Notes: a model not told the origin generated them from the letters alone. 64,000 nucleotides of DNA from Pseudomonadota bacterium (GCA_039814715.1 JBCCAR010000018.1:4856-68855); one strand, 5' to 3'; shown: positions 1 through 10,199, counted from the stretch's first letter. Numbers and translations are program-made.

Positions 1-1557
1 CAAAGCCGCCGCCTGACGGACCTCATGGAAGATGCCGCGACTTGGTTTCAAGCGCGCCTCCGTGACGAAAGTGGCCGCGCAGCCCTTGGCTATGTGCAAA
101 AGCGGGCACTGACGACGCAGACGCTCTCAGCCTTCGCGCTTGGATATGGCCCCGATGGGCGCCAACGGTTGCGCCAGGCGATGACCGCAAAAGGCTGGCG
201 CGATAGCGATTTGATTGAAGCGGGGCTGGTTATTCTGCCTGAGGGGGGAAACGAACCCTATGATCGCTTTCGCGGCCGGCTGATGTTCCCCATTCGTGAT
301 GCCAAAGGGCGCTGCATTGCCTTTGGGGGCAGGGCGCTCTCAGCGGATGCAAAAGCAAAATACTTAAATTCGCCCGAAACGAGCCTCTTTCACAAAGGTC
401 GCACACTTTACAATATCGATAAGGCCCGCAAAGCTGCCTATGATAGCGGCCAGCTTATTGTTGCCGAAGGATATATGGATGTCATCGCTTTGGTACAGGC
501 TGGTTTTTCAGCCGCTGTTGCGCCTCTGGGAACAGCCCTCACGGAAGATCAGATTACGCTGCTATGGCGCATGGTCGATGAGCCTATCTTGTGTTTTGAT
601 GGTGACCGTGCGGGCCGCAAAGCAGCGCAGCGAGGCCTTGAGCGGGCTTTGCCGCTTTTAAAACCTGGAAAATCACTCCGCTTTGCCATGCTGCCGCAAG
701 GCAAAGACCCTGATGACCTGATCCAGGCGGAAGGCAAGGGCGCGATGGCGGCGGTGCTAGAGGCTAGCCAGCCATTATCCGCCTTGCTGTGGGATACGCT
801 AGTTGAAAGCGGGGATACATCGACACCAGAACGCCGTGCTGCGATGCAAAAATCAGCCATGGACATCGCTGGAACCATTGAAGATCAAAGTGTGCGCAGT
901 TTCTACCAAAGCGACCTACGCGCACGGCTGAAGACACTATTTTATGGAGATCGCAATACCGGCTTTTCTGCATCAAGTCGCCGGCCAGGGGGCGGCCGGG
1001 CGTGGGCGCCGCCGCCAAAGGCGAGTTCTTTTTTAAAATCTTCGCCGCTGGCCCAAAGCGATTCGGTCACAAATGTGGGTGAAATCATCGTCCTTACTAC
1101 AATTTTAAACCATCCCAGCTTAGTTGTTAGCCATTTGGAAACGCTAGCAAACCTTAATTGTGCCCGAAAAGACATACATTCTGCCCTCGAATCAGTTTTG
1201 GATGCCGCGCCGACGTTAGAAGGACTTGATTCGCAGACGCAGAAGAACACATTAAGAGAATGCATGCCGACGCGCCTGGTTAGCGAGGTCGATCGCGATA
1301 TATTTGTGCGATCTTTATCCTTCACGCGCCCCGGGGCGGAGCTATGGCAGGCAGAGGCGGGGTTGACACATACCTTGTCAATGCTGCGCCGGGTGACGGA
1401 TTTGGAGGAAGAATGCCGCGTTGCGGAACTTGAAGCCGAAAAGGGCGATATGCGGGCCTTGGAACGATGGAAAGGGCTGCGCGCGCAATTGGCACAACAT
1501 AATAAGGACCTGTCGAATTTTGATCGCGGATTAGAAAATGGCCTGGCTGGCCAATAA
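1..1557 (+). CDS. dnaG: DNA primase DnaG, 5' end truncated by the window edge
   Basis: Frame 1 is open from base 1. Toprim region EGYMDVIAL...[12 protein letters not shown] is present. The N-terminal zinc-finger region is absent, so the gene starts upstream of the window. The dnaG-rpoD order is classical. Confidence 0.9.
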   Translation, partial: QSRRLTDLMEDAATWFQARLRDESGRAALGYVQKRALTTQTLSAFALGYGPDGRQRLRQAMTAKGWRDSDLIEAGLVILPEGGNEPYDRFRGRLMFPIRDAKGRCIAFGGRALSADAKAKYLNSPETSLFHKGRTLYNIDKARKAAYDSGQLIVAEGYMDVIALVQAGFSAAVAPLGTALTEDQITLLWRMVDEPILCFDGDRAGRKAAQRGLERALPLLKPGKSLRFAMLPQGKDPDDLIQAEGKGAMAAVLEASQPLSALLWDTLVESGDTSTPERRAAMQKSAMDIAGTIEDQSVRSFYQSDLRARLKTLFYGDRNTGFSASSRRPGGGRAWAPPPKASSFLKSSPLAQSDSVTNVGEIIVLTTILNHPSLVVSHLETLANLNCARKDIHSALESVLDAAPTLEGLDSQTQKNTLRECMPTRLVSEVDRDIFVRSLSFTRPGAELWQAEAGLTHTLSMLRRVTDLEEECRVAELEAEKGDMRALERWKGLRAQLAQHNKDLSNFDRGLENGLAGQ

Positions 1558-1610
1558 ATCGCGCCTTTAAAGATGGCAGAGACAACAAGACGTTAAGGAA
1601 TAAAGCGACG

Positions 1611-3686
1611 ATGGCCACCAAAAAATCTCAGGTGATGCAAGCAGATACAGACGGCGAAGAGGGCGGGGATTCGCCTGTGCTCGATATGTCTGAAGCGGGC
1701 GTGCGCACAATGATCGCCAAGGCCAAAGAGGTCGGCTACATCACATATGATGATTTGAATAAGGCCCTGCCGCAGGACCAGATGTCATCCGATCAGATTG
1801 AAGACATCATGTCCACCATGTCGGAAATGGGCATTAATGTCGTTGAGTCCGCCGAGGACGAGGAAAGCTCGCCCGCAAAGGTGGCCAAAACCAAAACAAC
1901 GAAAAAAACCAAAGCTGAAGCCAAAAGCAAAACCAAAAAAGACGACGATGGCGAAGACGACGAGAGCGAAGATGATCGCCGCGATGAGAAGTTTGAGACC
2001 AGTAAAAAGAGCGATCTAGAACGTACGGATGACCCGGTGCGGATGTATCTGCGCGAAATGGGTACTGTCGAATTGCTCAGCCGGGAAGGCGAGATTGCGA
2101 TCGCCAAGCGCATTGAAGCTGGCCGGGAGACGATGATTGACGGGCTATGCGAAAGCCCAATCACTTTTGATTCCATCATCAGTTGGAGTCAGGCCCTTGC
2201 CAATGGCGAGATGCTGCTGCGCGAAATTATTGATTTAGACGCGACCCTTGGCAAAGAGGTCGCTGCAGCGCAAAGCGTGAAGGAAGAAGAAGAGGCTGCA
2301 GAAGAGAAGACTGAGGGTGAAACTGAAAACGCAGCCGATGAGAATGCTGAAGACGAAGACGGCGAAACCACCGAAAATGACGGTGACAGCGACGATGATG
2401 ACGATGATGATGACGAAAACACCATGTCGCTCGCGGCCATGGAAGAACATCTCACGCCCGATGCGATTGCCAAGTTCGACAAAATTACCGATGTCTACAA
2501 GAAGTACGCGAAGGTTCAGCAAGCGCGCTTAGAAGCTGCTGCCGCCAATAAAAGCCTGCCCACCGCGCAGGAAAACCGGTTTTGGAAACTTAAGCATGAG
2601 CTGACAGAGCTCATCAAAGACATGCATTTCCACAATAACCGCATTGAGCAGATGGTCGATCAGCTTTATGGGCTCAACAAGCGCCTTACCTCACTGAGCG
2701 GGCATTTGCTGCGTTTGGCGGAAAGTAACCGCGTGAATCGGCGCGCATTTCTAGAGCACTATCTCGGCAATGAGTTAGAGCCTGGCTGGAACGAACGGGT
2801 GGCCAAGCTTGGTAAGAACTGGGGCAACTTCATTGATAAAGAAGGTGAACAGGTCACCAATATTCGCGATCAAATTGCCGAGATTGCAGAGAAATCAGGT
2901 CTACGCCTCAACGAATTCCGCCGCATCGTGTCCACCGTGCAAAAAGGCGAACGAGAAGCGCGGATTGCCAAGAAGGAAATGGTCGAAGCCAATCTGCGTT
3001 TGGTGATTTCCATTGCGAAGAAATACACCAATCGCGGCCTGCAATTCCTTGATCTCATTCAGGAAGGCAATATCGGCCTTATGAAGGCGGTGGATAAGTT
3101 CGAATATCGCCGCGGCTATAAATTTTCAACCTATGCCACATGGTGGATTAGGCAGGCGATTACCCGCTCCATCGCGGACCAAGCGCGCACGATCCGTATT
3201 CCGGTGCATATGATTGAGACAATCAATAAGTTGGTGCGTACCTCGCGTCAGATGCTGCACGAGATTGGCCGCGAAGCGACGCCGGAAGAACTGGCCGAAC
3301 GCTTGTCCATGCCACTAGATAAAGTGCGCAAGGTGATGAAGATCGCCAAGGAGCCGATTTCACTGGAAACGCCAATTGGTGACGAAGAAGACAGCCATCT
3401 GGGTGATTTCATCGAGGATAAGAACGCGGTTCTGCCAGTGGACGCGGCCATTCACTCCAACCTGCGCGAAACAACGACGCGGGTTCTGGCATCGCTGACT
3501 GCGCGCGAAGAACGGGTGTTGCGCATGCGCTTCGGCATTGGCATGAATACGGACCACACGCTGGAAGAAGTCGGCCAGCAATTTTCCGTGACGCGCGAGC
3601 GTATCCGCCAGATTGAAGCGAAAGCGCTGCGCAAGCTCAAGCATCCAAGCCGTAGCCGTAAATTGCGTAGCTTTTTGGATACGTAG
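1611..3686 (+). CDS. rpoD: RNA polymerase primary sigma factor RpoD (sigma-70)
   Basis: 691 aa. Region 2 reads [39 protein letters not shown] and region 4.2 reads [27 protein letters not shown]. An acidic non-conserved insert is present. Confidence 0.97.
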   Translation: MATKKSQVMQADTDGEEGGDSPVLDMSEAGVRTMIAKAKEVGYITYDDLNKALPQDQMSSDQIEDIMSTMSEMGINVVESAEDEESSPAKVAKTKTTKKTKAEAKSKTKKDDDGEDDESEDDRRDEKFETSKKSDLERTDDPVRMYLREMGTVELLSREGEIAIAKRIEAGRETMIDGLCESPITFDSIISWSQALANGEMLLREIIDLDATLGKEVAAAQSVKEEEEAAEEKTEGETENAADENAEDEDGETTENDGDSDDDDDDDDENTMSLAAMEEHLTPDAIAKFDKITDVYKKYAKVQQARLEAAAANKSLPTAQENRFWKLKHELTELIKDMHFHNNRIEQMVDQLYGLNKRLTSLSGHLLRLAESNRVNRRAFLEHYLGNELEPGWNERVAKLGKNWGNFIDKEGEQVTNIRDQIAEIAEKSGLRLNEFRRIVSTVQKGEREARIAKKEMVEANLRLVISIAKKYTNRGLQFLDLIQEGNIGLMKAVDKFEYRRGYKFSTYATWWIRQAITRSIADQARTIRIPVHMIETINKLVRTSRQMLHEIGREATPEELAERLSMPLDKVRKVMKIAKEPISLETPIGDEEDSHLGDFIEDKNAVLPVDAAIHSNLRETTTRVLASLTAREERVLRMRFGIGMNTDHTLEEVGQQFSVTRERIRQIEAKALRKLKHPSRSRKLRSFLDT

Positions 3687-3700
3687 AGGTTGGCGGCGCC

Positions 3701-3727
3701 AAAAAAATGCTGAATGAAGTTCAGCAT
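3701..3727 (-). terminator. Hairpin plus U-run when read on the minus strand, just downstream of the rpoD stop
   Basis: ATGCTGAA (3707-3714) pairs with TTCAGCAT (3720-3727) around a 5-nt loop. It is preceded on the plus strand by A7, which is T7 on the minus strand. No T-run follows it on the plus strand. Confidence 0.4.
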
Positions 3728-3743
3728 GACGATGGCTGAGAGC

Positions 3744-3914
3744 CCTTCCCCGTCATTGCGAACGCATGTGAGGCAGTCCAGGTTGTTTCGGCCAGAGAGC
3801 TGCTGGATCGCCGCGCTTCGCTCGAGATGACATTTGCGTTCGCCCCTTCCCCGGCCTTGAGCCGGGGTCTAGTCTGTCCCCTTGAGCCGCTGGGTCCCGG
3901 ATCAAGCCCGGGAC
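3744..3914. repeat. Composite of short palindromic intergenic repeats (REP/MITE-like)
   Basis: An imperfect inverted repeat has arms GTCATTGCGAACGC...TCCAGG (from 3752) and CTGGATCGCC...CTCGAGATGAC (to 3831). Two GC hairpins follow: CCCCGGC-cttga-GCCGGGG (3849-3867) and GTCCCGG-atcaagc-CCGGGAC (3894-3914). The words cccttcccc and cttgagcc each occur twice. Confidence 0.6.
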
Positions 3915-3955
3915 TGAGGGCAAGGCAATGGCAGCCCCGTCCCAAAGGTGGATCT

Positions 3956-3986
3956 AAAAAAAAAGACGCCAGATGGCGCCTTTTTT
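3956..3986. terminator. Bidirectional rho-independent terminator downstream of rpmE
   Basis: The sequence is an A9 run, then the GC hairpin GACGCCAGATGGCGCC, then a T6 run. It lies 20 nt past the rpmE stop on the minus strand. Confidence 0.7.
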
Positions 3987-4006
3987 AACGTCGCAACACT
4001 CGCAGG

Positions 4007-4240
4007 CTATTTCTTGGTTTTAAGACCTGAAAGACCGCCAAAGCGTTTGTTGAATTTGGAGACTTGGCCGCCTTGGTCAACGCGGCGTGTGCCGCCGGTC
4101 CAGGCAGGATGGGATGTAGGATCGATATCGAGATTGAGGGTGTCACCTTCCGCGCCGTATGTGGAGCGCGTCTTATACTTGGTGCCATCGGTCATTACGA
4201 CTTCGATCAAGTGATAGTCGGGGTGCGTATCCGCCTTCAT
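4007..4240 (-). CDS. rpmE: 50S ribosomal protein L31
   Basis: 77 aa starting [27 protein letters not shown] and ending [12 protein letters not shown] use the internal ATG at 4238-4240 of the longer ORF 4007..4384. Confidence 0.93.
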   Translation of the reverse strand: MKADTHPDYHLIEVVMTDGTKYKTRSTYGAEGDTLNLDIDPTSHPAWTGGTRRVDQGGQVSKFNKRFGGLSGLKTKK

Positions 4241-4443
4241 GATGCATGCCTTCGAGAAATCTGAAAAATGATGCGCGTGCATACAAGAAGCGCGCGGGCT
4301 TTGCAACACACGTCGCCAGAAAAACGGCTTTTCGGCAACCGAAGGGTCAAATTGTGCGCGCGCGGCGACAAGAGGGCTTGCCAATTGAGCCCCTTAGCGC
4401 CATCACCACGGCACGTAAGAACTGGTTTAGGCCTGTATATTCT

Positions 4444-6255
4444 GTGACTGAAAATGCTTCCCCGCCGCCTGCAGCCGAAAAGCTGAGTCAAATTAAGCTG
4501 CTATGGGCGTTTGTTCAGCGCTATCCATGGCGGCTTGTTGGCGCCCTTGCGTCCTTGTTGGTTGCGTCTGTGACGACACTGGCCATCCCCTTAGCGCTGC
4601 GGCAAGTCGTTGACCGCGGCTTCTCCGCCGATCAGCAAAGCGCCATTGATATGGTGTTTTTACTGCTCCTCGGCCTTGCCATGTTGCTGGCCATTTCAAC
4701 CGCCCTTCGCTTTTATTTTGTGACCTGGATTGGCGAGCGCGTTGTCGCAGACATTCGCATCGCGGTACAAAGCCATTTGCTTACGCTCTCACCGGTGTTT
4801 TTTGAAGAAAACCGCCCCAGCGAGATTTCATCGCGGCTGACCACGGACACCACGCTCATTCAATCTGTCGTTGGCTCAACAGCGTCCATCGCACTGCGCA
4901 ATGCAATTACGGGCCTTGGCGGCATTGGGTTGCTCGTATATCTGAGCCCTGCGCTCACGGGCCTGATGGGCATTGTTATTCCGCTGGTTGTCTTTCCCAT
5001 CGTTTTCCTTGGCCGCCGCGTGCGAAAGCTCAGCCGCTCTAGCCAAGACCGTGTCGCTGACATCGGCGCGATGGCTGACGAAGTGCTTGGCGCGTTGCGG
5101 ATCGTCCAATCTTTCACCCAGCAAGATCGCGAGCGCGCCCGCTTTGGCAGTGCCGTTGATGCGGCGTTCGCAATCGCAAAGAGACGTATTCTGGTGCGCT
5201 CGTCTATGACGGCGATCATCATTTTGTTCATTTTCTCAGCGATTGTCTTCGTGTTGTGGCAGGGCGCCCGCGCTGTAATTGCTGGCGATATGACCGGCGG
5301 TACGATTGCAGCGTTTGTTTTAGTGTCTGGCCTTGTTGCTGGCGCGCTCGGCGCGCTAAGTGAGGTTTACGGCGAGTTGATGCGTGCTGCTGGCGCGGCT
5401 GGGCGCTTGTCCGAACTGATGCAAGTTATTCCGGTGATCAAATCACCTGCAAATCCGCTTCCCTTGCCAATGCCAACGCAGGGGGAGATCGTTTTCAGCG
5501 GCGTGTCTTTCAGCTATCCTAGCAAGCCTGATATTCCCGCCTTACACGATGTTAGTTTTCGCATCGCGCCTGGCCAAACCGTCGCAGTCGTTGGGCCGTC
5601 TGGCGCGGGTAAAACCACGCTGTTTCAATTGATACAACGCTTTTATGATGTGCAGAAAGGCCGTATTACCTTTGACGGTGTTGCCATTGATGGCTGCGAC
5701 TTGGACGCTTTGCGTGAGCGCACATCGCTTGTGCCCCAGGAAGGGACCATTTTCGCTGCAACAGCCTATGAGAACATTTTATATGGTCGTCCAAATGCGT
5801 CTGAAGATGATGTTTGGGCCGCCGCGCGCGCTGCGGCGGCGGATGATTTTTTGACCCAGCTGCCCAGCGGCATTCATAGTTACCTCGGCGAAGCAGGCGT
5901 ACGCCTATCCGGCGGGCAGCGCCAGCGCCTTGCCATTGCCCGTGCGTTGCTGCGAGATGCGCCGGTATTGCTGCTGGATGAGGCAACGAGCGCGCTGGAT
6001 GCGAAATCTGAGCGGCTGGTACAGGGCGCACTGGACCGGTTGATGGAGGGGCGTACCACGCTTGTTATCGCGCACCGCTTGGCGACCATTCAGCGGGCCG
6101 ATAACATCTTAGTGTTTGATCACGGCGAACTGGTAGACCAAGGCACCCATGAGGCGCTTCTGGCCCGCGGCGGACTGTATGCCTCCCTCGCTGCCCTGCA
6201 GTTTAATGCTGAAGGCGGCAGCATTGAGGCATCAACTTCGCCGCTGGTTCACTAG
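4444..6255 (+). CDS. ABC transporter, fused permease/ATP-binding (ABCB/MsbA/Atm1-like exporter)
   Basis: Six-helix TMD followed by an NBD with Walker A GPSGAGKTT, signature LSGGQRQRLAIARALL and Walker B LLLDEATSALD. The ORF opens at 4246, but that start is only 6 nt from the rpmE start codon and adds a basic, non-conserved-looking ~66-aa extension. The in-frame GTG at 4444 is the likelier start, though uncertain. Confidence 0.88.
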   Translation: MTENASPPPAAEKLSQIKLLWAFVQRYPWRLVGALASLLVASVTTLAIPLALRQVVDRGFSADQQSAIDMVFLLLLGLAMLLAISTALRFYFVTWIGERVVADIRIAVQSHLLTLSPVFFEENRPSEISSRLTTDTTLIQSVVGSTASIALRNAITGLGGIGLLVYLSPALTGLMGIVIPLVVFPIVFLGRRVRKLSRSSQDRVADIGAMADEVLGALRIVQSFTQQDRERARFGSAVDAAFAIAKRRILVRSSMTAIIILFIFSAIVFVLWQGARAVIAGDMTGGTIAAFVLVSGLVAGALGALSEVYGELMRAAGAAGRLSELMQVIPVIKSPANPLPLPMPTQGEIVFSGVSFSYPSKPDIPALHDVSFRIAPGQTVAVVGPSGAGKTTLFQLIQRFYDVQKGRITFDGVAIDGCDLDALRERTSLVPQEGTIFAATAYENILYGRPNASEDDVWAAARAAAADDFLTQLPSGIHSYLGEAGVRLSGGQRQRLAIARALLRDAPVLLLDEATSALDAKSERLVQGALDRLMEGRTTLVIAHRLATIQRADNILVFDHGELVDQGTHEALLARGGLYASLAALQFNAEGGSIEASTSPLVH

Positions 6256-6294
6256 TCCCGGGCTTTCACGCCAGCCGTTTCTTCGCTCCTGCCC

Positions 6295-6741
6295 TTATGC
6301 CTGGTGAAGCAAATATAGCGCCGCCCCTGCCAAAAAAAGCTGGATCACATTCAAGATCACACTGCTGCGATGAAGCAGGTTAAACCAGGTTTGCGCTTTT
6401 TGATCGCCCGCCAGCATCGCGTCGCGGAAGGTATTGATGCGCGGCAGCAGAACATAGCGTGCTTTTACGCCCAGAACAGCAACCAAGAACATCACTAAGC
6501 TGGCGGTTTGTGCGCCAGGCGATACAGACAGTGCAAGTCCGCCAATGGCAGCAACCAGTGTCAGATAGACATAATACCAAGGGAAGATGGCGCGAATGAA
6601 AGTCGCTGCCGTTTTCGCCTCCAGCGTGCGAAAGACAGTCGGTGCGACGATGACACTAAAGAAAAGGATTGCACCAAAAACTAGCGACGTTGCGCCTAAT
6701 CCCAAAAACCCGGTGATACTCTGCATGTGCTTTGCTTTCAC
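6295..6741 (-). CDS. Small integral membrane protein, DUF4149/TMEM205-like
   Basis: 148 aa with four hydrophobic spans. The N-terminal pattern LFFSVIVAPTVFRTL...FPWYYVY resembles DUF4149. Assigned by eye only. Confidence 0.6.
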   Translation of the reverse strand: MKAKHMQSITGFLGLGATSLVFGAILFFSVIVAPTVFRTLEAKTAATFIRAIFPWYYVYLTLVAAIGGLALSVSPGAQTASLVMFLVAVLGVKARYVLLPRINTFRDAMLAGDQKAQTWFNLLHRSSVILNVIQLFLAGAALYLLHQA

Positions 6742-6807
6742 TACCGCTGCTCGTACATTAAGCAGATAGCGGGCTTTAGAGGGCGAGCAAGGTATGTAGA
6801 CTAACGC

Positions 6808-7218
6808 CTAGCGAAAAATCAGAAATTTCGATGCGCAATAGGCAATGATCATCACCAAGATGTCTGTCGCAAACCGCAGCAATCGCACATCCTGGCTAAA
6901 TAGCGAAAGTATGATCGCATAAGCAGCAACTGTAATGGCCATATTAAAGGCAAGTAGCCCAAGATATTGGCTGAGCTTAACAGCATGCCTGGTGTCATTG
7001 CTCTGCTGGCGAAAGGTGAAATGGTTGTGCATCAGATAGCCGACTGGCGCGCTGGCAAGGCGGCCAATAATGTTGGCAATTTGCGGTAGACTTGGGATCA
7101 GATACGTTGCGCAAAGGAAGAAGGTCAAATAGTCGGCCGTGAAGACAACAATGCCGGATATACCATAGCGTAGGACTTCTAGGAGAAGCGGTGTTTTGCC
7201 CTTCAGCCAGGTTTGCAC
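6808..7218 (-). CDS. GtrA family membrane protein (putative polyprenyl-phosphate-sugar flippase)
   Basis: 136 aa with four TM helices. GtrA-like start LRYGISGIVVFTADYLTFF and C-terminal end YCASKFLIFR. It lies 6 nt downstream of the GT2 gene. Confidence 0.75.
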   Translation of the reverse strand: MQTWLKGKTPLLLEVLRYGISGIVVFTADYLTFFLCATYLIPSLPQIANIIGRLASAPVGYLMHNHFTFRQQSNDTRHAVKLSQYLGLLAFNMAITVAAYAIILSLFSQDVRLLRFATDILVMIIAYCASKFLIFR

Positions 7219-7224
7219 AGCGCG

Positions 7225-8175
7225 CTAGTGCCCGCGTGATTGCAGGGAGCGGCGCGGCTCGTTGGACATGTCATAGGAGAGGAACTGCAAGACCATCTGA
7301 AAGCCTAGAATGATGGGCAGGACAGAAAGCATAACCGTGCCGATGCTCGCATAGGTGCCTGCTTGACTTGCCTTCACCCAAGAAAAACCGCCGAATAAGA
7401 CGCCGATTAACAAGAGTAACGTGCCGAAAAAGAGATTGACGGAAGCGATGGAGAAATCACGTAAAAAGTACGTGTAAACAATGCGCCGGGCAATGGCGCG
7501 CAAATGCTTGCCAAGAAACTCAAACAGCACCTGGCGAACATGCAGATTGCTCGTCTCTTCGCCATAGACCGCACTCATTGGGTAATCTGCGACCACAGCG
7601 CGCATATCGCCAAGCTGGATCAGCATGTCGGTTTCAAAGAAATAGCGCTTGCTCAGCTTCGACATATCAAGCTGTGATAGCGCAGTTTTATGGATGGCGA
7701 CAAATCCATTTGTCGGATCAAAGATAGACCAATACCCGCTTGAGAATTTCGTCATGAAGCTCAGCATGGCATTCCCAAATAACCGGATAGCGGGCATGGT
7801 TTTGACGCTGTAGAAAGAATGGAAACGGTTGCCTTTCGTGTAATCAGCATCGCCATCGACAAGAGGCTGGACCAGGTCTGTAATTAATTTTGGGTCCATT
7901 TGCCCATCGCCATCCACCTTCACCACGATGTCGCAGCCGTCTTTCATGGCTTGCTGCATACCGGTCATAACTGCGCCGCCAACACCTTGATTGACGGTGT
8001 GTCGCAGAGCGACCACGCGCTTGTCGTTGCAGTGTTCTTCAACAAAGGCTCCAGAATTATTGGGGCAGCAATCATCGACCACATAGACTTTATTGACGTC
8101 AGGACCGATGGAGGAGATCACATCTAGGATGAAATCAGTCACCTTATAGCTAGGGATAACAACGGCTATGGTCAT
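7225..8175 (-). CDS. Family 2 glycosyltransferase, GtrB/ArnC/Dpm1-like polyprenyl-phosphate glycosyltransferase
   Basis: The N-terminus IAVVIPSYKV and the motifs VVDDCCPNNSG and VKVDGDGQMDP are GT-A DXD type. Two C-terminal TM helices match GtrB/ArnC architecture. The start is placed at ATG 8173-8175 (MTIAVVIP); the ORF extends to 8217. Confidence 0.85.
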   Translation of the reverse strand: MTIAVVIPSYKVTDFILDVISSIGPDVNKVYVVDDCCPNNSGAFVEEHCNDKRVVALRHTVNQGVGGAVMTGMQQAMKDGCDIVVKVDGDGQMDPKLITDLVQPLVDGDADYTKGNRFHSFYSVKTMPAIRLFGNAMLSFMTKFSSGYWSIFDPTNGFVAIHKTALSQLDMSKLSKRYFFETDMLIQLGDMRAVVADYPMSAVYGEETSNLHVRQVLFEFLGKHLRAIARRIVYTYFLRDFSIASVNLFFGTLLLLIGVLFGGFSWVKASQAGTYASIGTVMLSVLPIILGFQMVLQFLSYDMSNEPRRSLQSRGH

Positions 8176-8282
8176 TGAGTTACATCCATTCGGCCTGTCT
8201 GTGCTGGCCTCAAACACAGCAATAATTTAACCATCATATCATACACAGCAAGGGCGCAAGTGCGACGTCGCTGCGGCGAGAT

Positions 8283-9908
8283 ATGTTGTGTCTCTGTTGG
8301 AAAGAAAACATGTTTTTTCAATCTATATCAAAGCCTACATGGCTCATTGCGATGCTTGTTTTAGCGAGCGTTGCTATCCATGGCGTTAACGTCGATGGGG
8401 ATGTTGGATGGGGGGGAGGCGACTGGGCCACCTATATTTGGGGGGCTGAAAACCTCCTAGGTGCGCGTCCTTGGGGCGAGGCGCCTTATCTCGTGAACCC
8501 ATTTAAAGATGCCGGCGTAACCAAAGTGCCGCCGCTCTATCCTGCCGTCCTCACTTTGCCGGTCAGCATCTTTGGCCGGGATTTTCTGGCGATTGGCCTC
8601 TTCAATGTTGTGCTTTTCGGTCTCGGGCTGGCCACGTTGTTGGTGTTTGCGCGGCATCGTCCACTGGCCGGGGAGCGCATGTCTAACTTTGCGCTCGGCG
8701 CGCTGTGTCTGGCCTATGCCGGAAGCCCTATGCTCTGGCGTTGGAGTGGCGCTCTCTTTTCAGAAAATCTCTTTTTGCCAATCATCTTTCTAGCGTTCAT
8801 CGCCTGGGATCGGTTTGCCAAACGCAGAACGAAGGCCAGTTTACTCCTGGTATTTGTTTTCTGTGCCTTGGCGATTGCAACCCGCGTTGTTGGCATCGCT
8901 CTTATTCCTGCATTAGGCCTCGCTCTACTGGCCCAGGATCGTGCTCTCACACTGAGGGCCGTCGCATTGCCAGCCGCGCTATTGCTCGTAGGCTTGCTCG
9001 TATTTTTATCCTTCGGCGTTTTAGATCAATATCTAACGGTCTTCTCTTCAAACGCAGCCCTAGACAGTGGGGCTGAGCTAACAGCTCCAGACGTACGAAG
9101 TGCCGGCGGAACTGTTACATCGATTTTGGGCGAGTTGCCGTCAAAATTGGCTGACGTTCCTGGCAAGCTCTCTGCCTTCTGGTCGGATCGATTAGGCGGC
9201 GCCTCGCCAGCGATCAAGCTAGGCGCGCGTTTCATCACGCTGCTTGTTCTTTTGCTATCGACCATTGGTTTTATGGTGTCTTTGGTGCGCCGCACGAGCC
9301 TCGCGGAGGGCTTTATGATCGGGTACCTCGCCATGATGCTCATTGTACCCGGCGCGATGAATGGTGCGCGGATGTACGGCCCCATTGGTGCATTGATGAT
9401 GTATTATACTGTCGCCGCGCTGCAGTGGCTCGGCGAACAACAACAGCGCTTTACTCCGGTTCATACGCCTCTGGTTGTTTTCATCGTTTTGCTCTTAGGG
9501 TCCTACGCCTATTTCTTTGCCCAGGAGCGTCCTTCAAATCTAGCCTCACCATATAGTCCATCAGCGCAAACTTTTTTTGAGTTCGTAAAAGACAATACCG
9601 ACGCGAACGACATCTTGGTTGGTCATCGGCCCCGCGGTGTGGGCTTCTTTACCGGCGTGACGTGTATTGAATGGCATACCAAAACGGCTAGCGATGATTT
9701 TGTCATGTGGATGGCGGATTTGGGCGCTGAGTACCTTTACGTGGACCGTTACTCAGCCCCGCTTGAGAAGATCATGAACGAAAAGTCTGGGTCTTTCCGC
9801 GACGCGGCTGATGCCTATATTGCGCCCAACGCACATCGGTTTGACCGCATTTTCGCGAACGACCGATTTGTGATGTATCGCTTCATTTCAAGCCCGGCGT
9901 CTCGCTGA
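8283..9908 (+). CDS. Polytopic membrane protein, GT-C-fold (ArnT/PMT/GtrC-like) glycosyltransferase candidate
   Basis: 541 aa with roughly ten or more hydrophobic spans, then a soluble C-terminal part of about 130 aa. The first loop carries the acidic motif NVDGDVGWGGGDW. It is divergent from the GT2-GtrA genes. The call rests on architecture and context, not on a recognised signature. Confidence 0.55.
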   Translation: MLCLCWKENMFFQSISKPTWLIAMLVLASVAIHGVNVDGDVGWGGGDWATYIWGAENLLGARPWGEAPYLVNPFKDAGVTKVPPLYPAVLTLPVSIFGRDFLAIGLFNVVLFGLGLATLLVFARHRPLAGERMSNFALGALCLAYAGSPMLWRWSGALFSENLFLPIIFLAFIAWDRFAKRRTKASLLLVFVFCALAIATRVVGIALIPALGLALLAQDRALTLRAVALPAALLLVGLLVFLSFGVLDQYLTVFSSNAALDSGAELTAPDVRSAGGTVTSILGELPSKLADVPGKLSAFWSDRLGGASPAIKLGARFITLLVLLLSTIGFMVSLVRRTSLAEGFMIGYLAMMLIVPGAMNGARMYGPIGALMMYYTVAALQWLGEQQQRFTPVHTPLVVFIVLLLGSYAYFFAQERPSNLASPYSPSAQTFFEFVKDNTDANDILVGHRPRGVGFFTGVTCIEWHTKTASDDFVMWMADLGAEYLYVDRYSAPLEKIMNEKSGSFRDAADAYIAPNAHRFDRIFANDRFVMYRFISSPASR

Positions 9909-9933
9909 CGCTGCGATAGCTGCGTTAAATGGA

Positions 9934-10008
9934 TGGTGGGCGGTACTGGGATCGAACCAGTGACCCCTTCGATGTCAACGAAGTGCTCTCCCGCTGAGCT
10001 AACCGCCC
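9934..10008 (-). tRNA. tRNA-Val (anticodon GAC)
   Basis: The reverse complement is GGGCGGTTAGCTCAGCGGGAGAGCACTTCGTTGACATCGAAGGGGTCACTGGTTCGATCCCAGTACCGCCCACCA. This is 75 nt with a full cloverleaf, anticodon loop TTGACAT, T-loop GGTTCGATCC and an encoded CCA. Confidence 0.95.
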
Positions 10009-10199
10009 TTTAGGCCCGTCGTGCCTATAGTGGACGCGGACATACACTGCCCGAATAAGGCATGGCAAGCGCAAAAACGATGCAGCACTAAGCACTGCGA
10101 TTGCGCGGCCCGGTGCGAGTTGTTACACAGCAGGCCATATAGATACTTTGGCAGCCAATTCGCGCGCCTGCTGAGAAGACCTTTAGAAAGATAAGACCC

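Noticed and set aside
2230-2440. The highly acidic Glu/Asp run, including DDDDDDDD, inside rpoD.
   Set aside because: Acidic non-conserved inserts between regions 1 and 2 are a normal feature of primary sigma factors, especially in Alphaproteobacteria. This is not an anomaly.
3721-3945. A 74-aa minus-strand ORF in the rpoD-rpmE spacer.
   Set aside because: It is the translation of the palindromic repeat units (..SSEARRS...HAFAMTGKG..), a known type of annotation artefact. I call the region a repeat, not a CDS.
4246-4443. N-terminal extension of the ABC transporter ORF. Analogous extensions occur in ygfZ (to 17335), DUF815 (to 41616), cheA (from 20703) and the Rieske gene (from 49070).
   Set aside because: The extensions run up to or into the neighbouring divergent gene (rpmE, pyrC, yajC), or add non-conserved-looking basic or Cys-rich leaders. 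Internal starts give normal family lengths. Exact starts remain uncertain without alignments.
6295-10008. I considered calling the glycosylation module a tRNA-associated genomic island or mobile element.
   Set aside because: I found no integrase, transposase, phage gene or direct repeat of the tRNA-Val 3' end. Only a qualitative GC drop supports the idea, so it is reported as a finding rather than a mobile_element feature.
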